Virus record (IMG/VR): IMGVR_UViG_3300034107_001363
Span: 9,296-73,295 of that record
DNA length: 64,000 nucleotides
Reading direction: 5' to 3' (one strand)
DNA from: a virus
Shown: piece after piece, positions 7,238 through 15,872 of the stretch
Layout of the letters: every line of letters begins with the position of its first letter
Numbering within the stretch: the stretch's first letter is position 1
Notes under the pieces: model-generated
Databases searched by the model: none
The model's input: only the letters and a program-made list of their open reading frames with translations
Told to the model about the DNA's origin: nothing
Made by a program: the position numbers and the translations under genes

Positions 7238-9067
7238 TCAAGCGCGAAGCGCTCCGCGCAAGGCCTGCTCCAAAGCAATGGCGAAGGTGTCTGCTACCTC
7301 TTGCTCGTGGGTTCCGGCTTCAAGCTCTTCGCTGATCATTGCGCGTAGGCGAGCCTTGAGCGTAGGTGAGGCATTGCGGGCCGTTAGTGGTGCTTGTGGC
7401 AGAGGATCGATGCGTTTGGCTACGAGTCCGTGTTTGGTTTCCACTAGGGCCGTGGTGCCTCGTTTGACGCGATTCATCACTGATACTCGATGTGGCGGCA
7501 GACTATCGGCTTGCTTGACCTTTGGTTCAGGGACTGCGTTAGCCGGGCTAATAGCCATGAATGGCTCTGTGCGGATAGGCTCCATTAGCGGCGGATGTGA
7601 CTCCGTTCCGCGCATGGATGCAAATCCTTTGCAGTTGGCTGATTCTGGACGTGTGTTCTCGAAGGTGATGGTGAAGGGTTCACCACTATGGACGTAACGG
7701 ATGTTGGTCCAAGTCCGCTTCTCGACCAGCTCCGACTGGCTTTCGAGGTCGGTCAACTGGTCTTTGAACGAGCGCATAAGCTGACTGCGCTGGTTTTTGA
7801 GCCTAAACTCCATCTTCCCCAACTCCATGTGCCTCATTTGGAGGTCAAACTTTTCGAACCCCTCCAGCTGATCGCGTAGGATGATGCCGACAATCTTCCG
7901 CATTTGAGCGCGAATGATCTGGATACGCTTGGTGAGTTGGTGCCGCTCTTTTCTAACCTCGCTGGCGATTAGGGCCAACTGGTCACGAAGTTCTGGGTGG
8001 TCCCAAATGGCTGAGCCATTACGAAGCTCAATGGACAAGCCCATGTTGGCTGCAGCCTGAACCAGCAGGAAGGACTCCATAGGCTCAGGTTCGTCGCTTT
8101 CGTCCCGCATCAAGCCCTGAAGCACCAGTTCCTCGTCGTCGTTCATGTAATCGACAACGTATCCCTCTGCGTCCTCAATCTCGCCTTCTGCTGCACCTTT
8201 GAGTAGGTGGTAGTCCAATTCGGACAAGGTGAGACGATCTTCCGGTGATCCAGCCATAGTCAGTTCACCCTCACCTTTGTAGTAGGATGACTGGGTGATC
8301 TTGGGGTCGCCCTGCCAACCAACGATGACTAGCCACTGGTTGCGGTGCCAAACCGTGGTGTAGGCAGGGATAATGCCCGTGATGCCGGTCAGCACTTGCA
8401 CGATGCTGTGGGCACCGCCGCGAACGGTGATTCCTGCTCGCTTGGCAATGCGCTGCATGGCGACATCGGGCCCGTCCGACATGATCGGCTTGAAGCCATC
8501 TTGCGTCTGCCCAAGGTCGAAGTAGCGGCCGTCTGGTAGCCGGATGGCGTAGCGTGCTTCCTCGTGCTTGAGGCTTTTCCCTTCGCTTTGCATTAGCGGA
8601 GGTAGTTCGTAGACTGTAGCGTCAACCCACTGCCTCTTGCCGTTGACCAACTGCTTGCTGGTTTCTGACTTGAGATAGTGCCGCTGTGCGCGACGGATCA
8701 CCGTTTGTTCGGCTTTCCATTTTTCCAAGTCAGCAATGCGCTGAACGTTGAAGACTGTGGATGCGATGAGGTCGGACGCATCCAACGGGTATCCACGCTC
8801 CTTAGCGTGTTCCGTGAGATACTCGTTTGTGGCCGCTATGATTGCATCGGCTCCTTTGGGCAGCCACTTGCCGAATTGGCGTCGCAGCATTGCCCGTGGG
8901 ATGCGGGGAAGCAGTCCGTGGGTGATTTGGAGGTCATCGAACAATGCCTCCGGTTCCTCGCCGTTAAAGCGAGCCTCCATCTCCATGATGATCGAGGCGG
9001 GGTCCAGTTGCGAGGACGCGACAAGTTCCGGGTCAAGCCCGGTGATGGTTTTCAATGCTAACTTCAT
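7238..9067 (-). CDS. Large hypothetical protein (609 aa)
   Basis: Long ORF with acidic centre and coiled-coil segment; no motif recognised. Confidence 0.85.
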   Translation of the reverse strand: MKLALKTITGLDPELVASSQLDPASIIMEMEARFNGEEPEALFDDLQITHGLLPRIPRAMLRRQFGKWLPKGADAIIAATNEYLTEHAKERGYPLDASDLIASTVFNVQRIADLEKWKAEQTVIRRAQRHYLKSETSKQLVNGKRQWVDATVYELPPLMQSEGKSLKHEEARYAIRLPDGRYFDLGQTQDGFKPIMSDGPDVAMQRIAKRAGITVRGGAHSIVQVLTGITGIIPAYTTVWHRNQWLVIVGWQGDPKITQSSYYKGEGELTMAGSPEDRLTLSELDYHLLKGAAEGEIEDAEGYVVDYMNDDEELVLQGLMRDESDEPEPMESFLLVQAAANMGLSIELRNGSAIWDHPELRDQLALIASEVRKERHQLTKRIQIIRAQMRKIVGIILRDQLEGFEKFDLQMRHMELGKMEFRLKNQRSQLMRSFKDQLTDLESQSELVEKRTWTNIRYVHSGEPFTITFENTRPESANCKGFASMRGTESHPPLMEPIRTEPFMAISPANAVPEPKVKQADSLPPHRVSVMNRVKRGTTALVETKHGLVAKRIDPLPQAPLTARNASPTLKARLRAMISEELEAGTHEQEVADTFAIALEQALRGALRA

Positions 9068-9139
9068 GTGTAGTCACTTTCTATTACTAAGCCCCCACTG
9101 CTCCCGCCCGAAGGGCTGGCAGAGCAATGGAATGAATGG

Positions 9140-9484
9140 TCACGGGGTGATGGTTTCGAGTGCGCGGCGCTTGATTACGTCGCAATGACAGGCCTGCGGG
9201 TAGCAGTGGCAGTAGAGAGCCACTGATTTGCCTTCTGAGAGCCTCAAGGCGATGCGCTGAATCACTTTGAGGTGTTGCTCCCGGTGGGGCTGCCAATCCT
9301 GTTCCAGAGACAGTTTGTAGGCCTCGCAAACGGCATTCCTCATGTCCTCGTGGGTCATTTCGAACGGATTGCCCAAACCTGCATTGGTCAGGTGGGGATA
9401 TTTCCAGTGGTTGCGTCCACAATAGAGGTGGAGGTCGGCTTTAACGCCGGTTTCCCGGACGTGGTGGATGGTGATAGTGCTCAT
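9140..9484 (-). CDS. DUF4326-family protein
   Basis: YCGR...LGNPF...LYCHCYPQACHCDVI signature. Confidence 0.85.
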   Translation of the reverse strand: MSTITIHHVRETGVKADLHLYCGRNHWKYPHLTNAGLGNPFEMTHEDMRNAVCEAYKLSLEQDWQPHREQHLKVIQRIALRLSEGKSVALYCHCYPQACHCDVIKRRALETITP

Positions 9485-9840
9485 GGTTTTTTTGATTCGA
9501 GGTCGTGGATGAGGGCCCAAAGCTGTGAGCGTTCCGAGATGAGGGCTTCGGCTTGAGCCGAATCCTCTTGTTGTTCTTTCTCCCCAAAGGTCTCAATGGC
9601 CCATTGGGTGTGCTTCCATTTTCCGGTCAGCTCATCCAAGCGTTCTTCGATTTGCCAAATCCGGAGATCGGCTTCGCGGAGCTTGGTGTCACGAGGCGAC
9701 TCAACGTGGCTGGTTAGCTGGGAGCGGACGATGCTTTCGGCTTCAAGGCAGGCTCCCGCTTCATTGTGGGACTGCACTGTCACTAGGGCGTATGCTCCCT
9801 GAAATCCGGGAGCGCTCACTTTTACGTGGTAGGTTTGCAT
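9481..9840 (-). CDS. Hypothetical protein (MQTYHVK...)
   Basis: ATG 9840; ATGA overlap with the DUF4326 gene. Confidence 0.7.
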   Translation of the reverse strand: MQTYHVKVSAPGFQGAYALVTVQSHNEAGACLEAESIVRSQLTSHVESPRDTKLREADLRIWQIEERLDELTGKWKHTQWAIETFGEKEQQEDSAQAEALISERSQLWALIHDLESKKP

Positions 9841-9889
9841 ACTGCGTGTTCTCTGTTTTAGCTTGGCTAAGACGCCCAAGCGTGCGTGG

Positions 9890-9918
9890 TGGACAAGTTC
9901 CACCGAAATCTGTAGGTT
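9890..9918 (+). promoter_or_regulatory. Sigma70-like promoter, probably giving a leaderless mRNA
   Basis: TGGACA-17 nt-TAGGTT with extended TG; ATG at 9926. Confidence 0.5.
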
Positions 9919-9925
9919 AATGGGC

Positions 9926-10459
9926 ATGGAGCAACCATCCCATCTAGCCGAAGGCTCATCGCCTGTCGTGCCGCGTCCTGTTCTCACCCGCAAAGACCCG
10001 AATAAGAAGGTCAGCGACGAGGACAGGGAAGTCCTGAAAGCCTTGTATTGCCAAGGTGTGCCCGCGCCTTTGCTTGCTGAACGCTACGGAATCAAGCCCC
10101 GGACGATCAACGGTTGGGCGAGCAAGGAGAAGTGGCCATCACCGGGACGTGTGTCCCGGGCCCAGAAGCACCCTGTAGCTGAAGCAAGCGATCCTGCTGC
10201 TGCTCTTGCCCAGTTGTGGCTTGAACGCGGCACAGCAGGACGTGAGGCCATTTATCAGGGAAGCAAGCGAGCCATCGACCGGTTCTTTGCCATGCAGCCC
10301 GTGCCACAGACCTTCGCTGAAGCTGCCACTGCCGTCAAACTGATGAAGGAAGCCATCAATCCCAACGAGGGCAAGGAAGTGAGCCAAACCGGCATCAGCA
10401 TTCAAGTGCTAACCCAGCAGGGCTTCGTCCCCAAGCTGGCCACAACCATCGATGTCTAA
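9926..10459 (+). CDS. Putative terminase small subunit (HTH)
   Basis: ALYCQGVPAPLLAERYGIKPRTINGWASKEKW HTH of TerS type, helical body, C-terminus ending TIDV. Confidence 0.6.
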   Translation: MEQPSHLAEGSSPVVPRPVLTRKDPNKKVSDEDREVLKALYCQGVPAPLLAERYGIKPRTINGWASKEKWPSPGRVSRAQKHPVAEASDPAAALAQLWLERGTAGREAIYQGSKRAIDRFFAMQPVPQTFAEAATAVKLMKEAINPNEGKEVSQTGISIQVLTQQGFVPKLATTIDV

Positions 10460-10604
10460 TCGCAACCCAGCTGCATTAGTCGGGAGGGGCATTCAGGGGG
10501 AGCTTGAACTTAGCCATCCCCTAATAACCATAACAGCAATGGACACCAGACCATCCGCAACCCCGGACGGACGCCCATCACCCACCCACCGGACCCTTAT
10601 TGGC

Positions 10605-10633
10605 TTGTCCGTGTGAGGAAAGTGTGCTACATT
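10605..10633 (+). promoter_or_regulatory. Sigma70-like promoter
   Basis: TTGTCC-17 nt-TACATT with extended -10 TG; no plus-strand ORF downstream. Confidence 0.65.
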
Positions 10634-10639
10634 TTGAGC

Positions 10640-11030
10640 AAGCGGAAGCCGAGGGTTATAGGGTGTGAAATCCCTTCCAGCGCAGCGAGTTAGGCCGACC
10701 GGGACGATAGTTGCCGTAATCCGCCGAAGCAGACTGGGGGTTCTTTAGCCAAGTGAAACTGCCTGAATTGAGCGGAAACTGAGAGGTTTGCCGCTATTTC
10801 TGTGTCATGCAGTCGGGATGATGGTCTGGATCGTGGATGGCACTGAATGGACCCCTCCAGCCGAAGGCTTAGGTTCCTGCCCCTCCGTCCCATTGACATG
10901 AAAGTCACCCCAAGCCAGCCTGCACCCACCGATGATTGATGGAGGAAACAAGCTGGCCCCATCTGGAAGAGGAAATCGGGCTGGGTTTGGTCCAGTCCCG
11001 GGAAGAACCCTCACCGGTTAAGGTGAGGGC
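10640..11030 (+). ncRNA. Candidate ~390-nt structured non-coding RNA
   Basis: Upstream promoter, nested long-range helices with G-U pairs, a GNRA loop and a terminal 8-bp hairpin (11008-11029). Confidence 0.55.
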
Positions 11031-11042
11031 CCATGCCCGAGA

Positions 11043-11198
11043 CTAGTCCATGGGAATCCAGCGGACGCGGTGCTTGCCGTCCAGTTTTGATTCCTTGCTG
11101 TCTCCAGTGGTCCAGCGCTTGGGGGTGCGCGGCTGGATGTGGCGGAGGCCGAGGGCGAGTCCACCGAGGTGGAGTGCGACTGCGATTAGGTAGGTCAT
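11043..11198 (-). CDS. Small hypothetical protein (51 aa, hydrophobic N-terminus)
   Basis: ATGA overlap with the upstream gene. Confidence 0.5.
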   Translation of the reverse strand: MTYLIAVALHLGGLALGLRHIQPRTPKRWTTGDSKESKLDGKHRVRWIPMD

Positions 11199-11416
11199 AG
11201 GTAGTGCTTTCTAACGTGTTGAGTGGGGAATTGGACGCTTCTGGTTCCCCCGAATACCAGCGTGGTAGTATGGCTGTCAGAAACCGACACTGTAGCTGTC
11301 GATTTGGTTCGCCGGGACGTCAGCACCAATCCCGGGTAAAGCTCGCTCACAGGTGCCTTGTAGCCCTCACAGAGAGCCAGCATCCGTTCGGCCCATTGCT
11401 CATCGCTCTCGCTCAT
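11195..11416 (-). CDS. Hypothetical protein
   Basis: 73-aa ORF with coupled overlaps. Confidence 0.65.
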   Translation of the reverse strand: MSESDEQWAERMLALCEGYKAPVSELYPGLVLTSRRTKSTATVSVSDSHTTTLVFGGTRSVQFPTQHVRKHYL

Positions 11417-11505
11417 GAGAACAAGAGGATGAGAATGTAGAGGAAGCAGGCCCCGAATGCCAGCAGCGAAGCCAGCACCGGGTCGATTGGTTCGTGGTCA
11501 ATCAT
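11413..11505 (-). CDS. 30-aa membrane peptide (MIDHEPIDPVLASLLAFGACFLYILILLFS)
   Basis: ATGA overlaps at both ends; single hydrophobic helix. Confidence 0.55.
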   Translation of the reverse strand: MIDHEPIDPVLASLLAFGACFLYILILLFS

Positions 11506-11795
11506 GCTACCACCTCCTTCGAGTAGCTGATCTTCACCAAGTTTTCACCCGCCTTGCGGAAGGTGAACTTCTCCTCGGTGACGTCCATCACCTCGTTGCC
11601 TCCATCGAAAGCCTCTCCATCCCCCTTGCGGTAGGTCAGCTTCCTCAAGGATGTCCCATTGGGCTCCCAGTCAGCCATTTCCCTCCACAAGGCCACGGCC
11701 TCAGAGCGGGAAACGATGAGGTTCTTCTGTTTCACCCAGGTCACCTTGCAGGCGAGCAGGGGCATTGTCTTAGCTTGGCTAATTGTCGTGTTCAT
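11502..11795 (-). CDS. Hypothetical protein
   Basis: Part of ORF 11502..11837; true start uncertain (about 11795 or 11765). Confidence 0.65.
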   Translation of the reverse strand: MNTTISQAKTMPLLACKVTWVKQKNLIVSRSEAVALWREMADWEPNGTSLRKLTYRKGDGEAFDGGNEVMDVTEEKFTFRKAGENLVKISYSKEVVA

Positions 11796-11897
11796 CTCTT
11801 CAAATACCCGCATTGGTTCGTGGCGGGAGCACGTCATCAGTTTCCCCGATGAGCTAAGGACTTACACACGGTCTAGCCGTGATGCCCCAGCGAGGGA

Positions 11898-12239
11898 TTA
11901 GGCCTCTTGGTGATCGAGCGCGAACTCGTCGGCGAGATCATCGGCCTCGCTTGCGCGGAGCTTCTGCCACCACTCTTTCTTAGTGCGATCCCAGTCGAGG
12001 TTGCCGACGCCCCCATTCATAATGCGAACGGCTTCTTCGAGACTCCAGTCGTGGGTATCGGCCATAACCTCCGACATGAAAGACGCCATCAAGGCATCCT
12101 CCCATGTTTCGGGGTTAAGCGCCAAGAGGCAGACGGCCTGCCTCTTTTGGGCATTCACCATCCACGCCCCCTCATTAGGGAACGTTGCCATTGCTCCGTT
12201 TGCGATCATCTGGAGGCGGGTGATATTGTTCATGTTCAT
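11898..12239 (-). CDS. Hypothetical protein
   Basis: ORF 11898..12254; start probably at MNMNN. Confidence 0.75.
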   Translation of the reverse strand: MNMNNITRLQMIANGAMATFPNEGAWMVNAQKRQAVCLLALNPETWEDALMASFMSEVMADTHDWSLEEAVRIMNGGVGNLDWDRTKKEWWQKLRASEADDLADEFALDHQEA

Positions 12240-12409
12240 AGTAACGTTTGCCACTCCATCGGCGTGTCGCGGATTCAGTCAACCGCGAAGACATCCCTGA
12301 ACGTCGGGATTGGACGTGCTGGTGCCTATGCCAGCGTAAGGCCCTAGAGGGCTGAGTGGTGTCCACCCAGCGAGGGCGGCAGTTTAACGACGTGCCGAGG
12401 TCGTGGGGA

Positions 12410-12730
12410 TCAGAATGGGACGTCGGTCGCCCAATTTTCTGGAGGCGGCAAGATCACCATCTCCTTGTCGTCGAGCGGCTCCGACTCGGTGATCCAGCTG
12501 TTGACCAGCACCTTGCTGGCCACCTTACGATAGCGGCGCGTGCCATCCTTGGTGACCTTCCAGTCACCGAAGAAGCGCTCGGCCATCAGGGCCTTGAGGG
12601 CCTCTAGCTCGAACTCCGCGTCCCTTAGCTGTTGCAGGACCGCCCGCGTCTCCTGTTTGGAGACCTGAAGGTCAATGGCTGGGACCACGCCCATAAGGCG
12701 GCAGAGCAGGCTTTCAATCATCGTTGTCAT
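12410..12730 (-). CDS. Hypothetical protein
   Basis: 106-aa ORF ending DVPF. Confidence 0.75.
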   Translation of the reverse strand: MTTMIESLLCRLMGVVPAIDLQVSKQETRAVLQQLRDAEFELEALKALMAERFFGDWKVTKDGTRRYRKVASKVLVNSWITESEPLDDKEMVILPPPENWATDVPF

Positions 12731-13019
12731 GGTAGCGTGTTTGTTTGTTGTTCCCCATGTGCATACGTTGTGTATACATATGGAAGGTAGCGAGCACTGG
12801 GCTCACTGGTCACACTACTAAGGCGACTACAGGCTACATCATCGTGATGCAGTGGTTACTGAGGGGCGACGGGTCTACCTCGACTCCGCCTATCCTCACA
12901 CAGCTACAGGGGGACAGTCATGGCATGAGCGTGGGAATTTTTATTTAGCCACGGAAAAAGTAAAAAGGGGGCGTGAAATTTTGAATTGGTGGATGGTTTG
13001 GGAAAGTGTAATGGGGGTG

Positions 13020-13751
13020 ATGCCGAAGGTGCCTGTGAAGCTTGCGAAGAAGGTTTTGGATCAAAGCCGTCAGGTTCGTTTGAGTCCTGAGCAGGCGGCT
13101 CAATTTGAGTTGGCGAAGGAGCCGATGAAGAAGGCGGCGGCTGGGGTGGTTTTGAAGCAGCCGGACTTGTCGGAGGAGGAGGTGGATCAGGCTGGGGTGG
13201 TGGAGGCGTTGGCGGAGGCTGGGGAGTTGGGGGAGTCTGGAGCTTCGACGTTGGCGATGGGTGCTGGTTTGGCTTCTTTGTTAAAGGTGAAGGGGGCTGC
13301 GGGATTGGCGGGCAAGGCTGGAAGGGCGGCTGGGGTGGCGACGGTGGCGTTGAACGCGGTCGATTTGGCGCGGACGTTGGTGGATGATGATTACCGTGAG
13401 GAGGTGAAGGCGTCGTTGGAAGGGATGGATGGGTGGGACGGGTTTCAGCAGGGGTTGACGAGGGCCCCGTCGCTGGTGACTGCCTTGCAGTCGGTGAATG
13501 AGGAGACGGCGGATCAGTTTGAAGGAATTGAGGAGCAGGATGCCCGGACTGACCGGCAGTTGTATGAGATGCGGCTGAGGAAGAAGGCGCGGCAGCAGGA
13601 GACAGAGCGGGTCAATGAGGAGCAGAGGAGGGCCTTGGAGGCTCCGAGTGCTGAAGAAAAAATCCGGATGGCGAAGCTTGAGGATGAGATGGAAAAACAG
13701 AATGCGCGGAACATGGTGCGTTCTTACTTGGAGGAGCAGGGATTGGTATGA
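13020..13751 (+). CDS. Hypothetical protein coupled to TerL
   Basis: ATGA overlap with terL; Ala/Gly-rich middle and charged coiled-coil end; start 13011 or 13020. Confidence 0.75.
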   Translation: MPKVPVKLAKKVLDQSRQVRLSPEQAAQFELAKEPMKKAAAGVVLKQPDLSEEEVDQAGVVEALAEAGELGESGASTLAMGAGLASLLKVKGAAGLAGKAGRAAGVATVALNAVDLARTLVDDDYREEVKASLEGMDGWDGFQQGLTRAPSLVTALQSVNEETADQFEGIEEQDARTDRQLYEMRLRKKARQQETERVNEEQRRALEAPSAEEKIRMAKLEDEMEKQNARNMVRSYLEEQGLV

Positions 13752-15493
13752 TCATTGATGGAGCTGAGTTTCCGGACGGGACATGTCCCATTGCGGCGCA
13801 TTTGTGGTTGTATGCGCAGGCGGGAGAGGGCAATGGTTGGATCCGGACGCCGGAGCAGCGGTTTCAGAATTTCAAGGCGGCGGTAGACCTTGCGTTCAAC
13901 TGCGAGGGTTCCATCCGGCGGGTGGTTTGGAATCGATGGACTGAGTTGATTGTCCGGTCCTACATTGGCAACTGGGACAAGAAGCGGTTTTTGGCTCTTG
14001 CTGGATGCTCGAGTTCTGGAAAGTCGGACGGCATTGCGTTGTGCGGGCTGATGGATTACTGGGCACGACCTGCGGAGACGTTCTTCTTGGTGATGTCGAC
14101 GACCAAGCAGGCGGCTCGGATGCGTATTTGGAAGTCGATTACGCAGCTTTGGGGGCAGGCCGTGGAGAAGGGGTGTCCGGGCAAGCTCATTGATTCTGAC
14201 GGCTACATCAAAGGGGTGAACCAGAACGGGATGCTGTGGAGGAATAGCGGCATCATTTTGATGGCTGCGGGCAATTCGGATGCTGAGCAGGCCTGCAAGG
14301 ACTTGCTGGGGATCAAGAACCCGAATGTCATCATCGGTGCGGACGAGTTCAACGAGCTGGGGGACGGCATCTTAAAGACGGCGTTTGAGAACATGACGTC
14401 GAACGACCGGCTTAATTTCACGGGGATGGCGAATCCGGACAAGCTGACCGACCCGTTTGGGGAACTGGCGGAGCCGTTGCACGGGTGGAAGTCCATTACT
14501 GAAGACGACGAGCAGTGGTTGACCAAGTATGGCCGGTGCGTCCGGTTGAACGCGGAGAATTCGCCCCGGATCAAGGACGAGGGGGGCGAGAAGTTCCATT
14601 GGCAGCCTGACCAAGCTTACTGCGACCGGATTGCCAAAGCGCGAGGTGGGGTGAAGAGCCGGGGTTACTATCGCTTCGTCAAGGCGTTCTGGTGTCCGGA
14701 CGGCGCCACCAATTCGATTTACTCGGAAGTCGAGCTGATGAATGGCTGTGCCCTTGATTTGGAGGAGCCGCGTTGGGACTCCCAGCCAATTACGTTGTCT
14801 GGCTTGGACCCGTCGTTCAGCCGCAACGGCGACCGCTCGTGCGACGTCAAAGCAAAGCTGGGCAAAGTGGAAGGGCGAACCCATCTTCATTTCTGCCACT
14901 ACCAGACGCTGGTTGAGGACATCCAAGACAAGGAAGTGGCGTTGTCGCACCAAATTGCCCGTCAGTGGAAGCAGTCGTGCGAGGACTGGGGAGTGAAGCC
15001 GTTTCACGCGGCGATGGACAACACCGGAGCTGGCACGCCGTTCGGCCACATCGTCGACATGGAGTGGAGTCCGGCGGTGATGAAAGTGAACTTCCAAGGC
15101 AAGGCATCCGACCGGACGGTGGTGTTCCGCAACGAGGACGTTGGTTTCTACAACAAGAACTCGGAGCTGTGGATTCAACCGAAGGAGTTTATTCGGGCCA
15201 ACCAGATTAGCGGCATCAGCAAGGAGATGATGGCCGAACTGGTCGACCGCGAGTATCACGACAAGGAGGGACGCTTGTTGCGGGTCGAAAGCAAGGAGGA
15301 GGCCAAGAAGCGGCTCAAGCGGTCTCCTGACTTGGTTGACGCGGCGTTGCTTGTCATCGAGAAGGCGGTCAGTCTTGGAATGTTGCGCAGCGAAGAGGTC
15401 CGGCAGGTAGCCAAGATGGCCAATTCGGGCTGGGCCTTGAGCCGTGTCAAGAAGATGATAGCGACGGTTTGCGGGCGGCGGTTGCGCCGGTAA
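13748..15493 (+). CDS. terL: Terminase large subunit
   Basis: Walker A GCSSSGKS, Walker B IIGADE, motif GMANP, RNase H-like nuclease GLDPS...MDNTG...SPDLVDA. Confidence 0.93.
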   Translation: MIIDGAEFPDGTCPIAAHLWLYAQAGEGNGWIRTPEQRFQNFKAAVDLAFNCEGSIRRVVWNRWTELIVRSYIGNWDKKRFLALAGCSSSGKSDGIALCGLMDYWARPAETFFLVMSTTKQAARMRIWKSITQLWGQAVEKGCPGKLIDSDGYIKGVNQNGMLWRNSGIILMAAGNSDAEQACKDLLGIKNPNVIIGADEFNELGDGILKTAFENMTSNDRLNFTGMANPDKLTDPFGELAEPLHGWKSITEDDEQWLTKYGRCVRLNAENSPRIKDEGGEKFHWQPDQAYCDRIAKARGGVKSRGYYRFVKAFWCPDGATNSIYSEVELMNGCALDLEEPRWDSQPITLSGLDPSFSRNGDRSCDVKAKLGKVEGRTHLHFCHYQTLVEDIQDKEVALSHQIARQWKQSCEDWGVKPFHAAMDNTGAGTPFGHIVDMEWSPAVMKVNFQGKASDRTVVFRNEDVGFYNKNSELWIQPKEFIRANQISGISKEMMAELVDREYHDKEGRLLRVESKEEAKKRLKRSPDLVDAALLVIEKAVSLGMLRSEEVRQVAKMANSGWALSRVKKMIATVCGRRLRR

Positions 15494-15530
15494 GCTTGAC
15501 ATTCATCGGGTCTTATGGACAACTCCCGAA

Positions 15531-15842
15531 ATGCCAGCAGGAATTATCACCATTGGAACTACCCCGGTTTCTCAACTTGTCCCGGTGCCGCGCGGCCGCA
15601 CCTTCACGATGGCCTTGCGAGGAACCCCTGGAACCCTCACTTCGTTCAAGGCCCAGTGGTATGACGGCACCAACTGGAACAACTTCGTCTCCACCGACCT
15701 TGATTTGGCAGTGGCAGGAGAAGCAACCGGGGTAAATGTTGGCGCGATCAACGAGATTTTGGTGGTTTCAACAGGAAATACCGCTGGGACAACGATGATT
15801 GCGGTGATCAATGTCGAACCGCTGGAAGCTCACTCGATGTAA
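15531..15842 (+). CDS. Small beta-rich protein, probably virion-associated
   Basis: 103 aa, Thr/Gly/Val-rich, between terL and portal. Confidence 0.7.
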   Translation: MPAGIITIGTTPVSQLVPVPRGRTFTMALRGTPGTLTSFKAQWYDGTNWNNFVSTDLDLAVAGEATGVNVGAINEILVVSTGNTAGTTMIAVINVEPLEAHSM

Positions 15843-15872
15843 TTTGTTCCTTTCATTTAGCCCGGCTAAAGC

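Noticed and set aside
10615-10625. GAGGAAAGT resembling the RNase P RNA CR-I motif
   Set aside because: It continues GTGC rather than CC, lies in the promoter spacer, and no matching 3' P4 strand was seen
10640-10685. tRNA/tmRNA-like arm
   Set aside because: No complete cloverleaf, TTCRA loop or CCA end; kept only as part of the unknown RNA
15496-15530. TTGACA promoter before ORF 15531
   Set aside because: Perfect -35, but no acceptable -10 at 16-18 nt spacing
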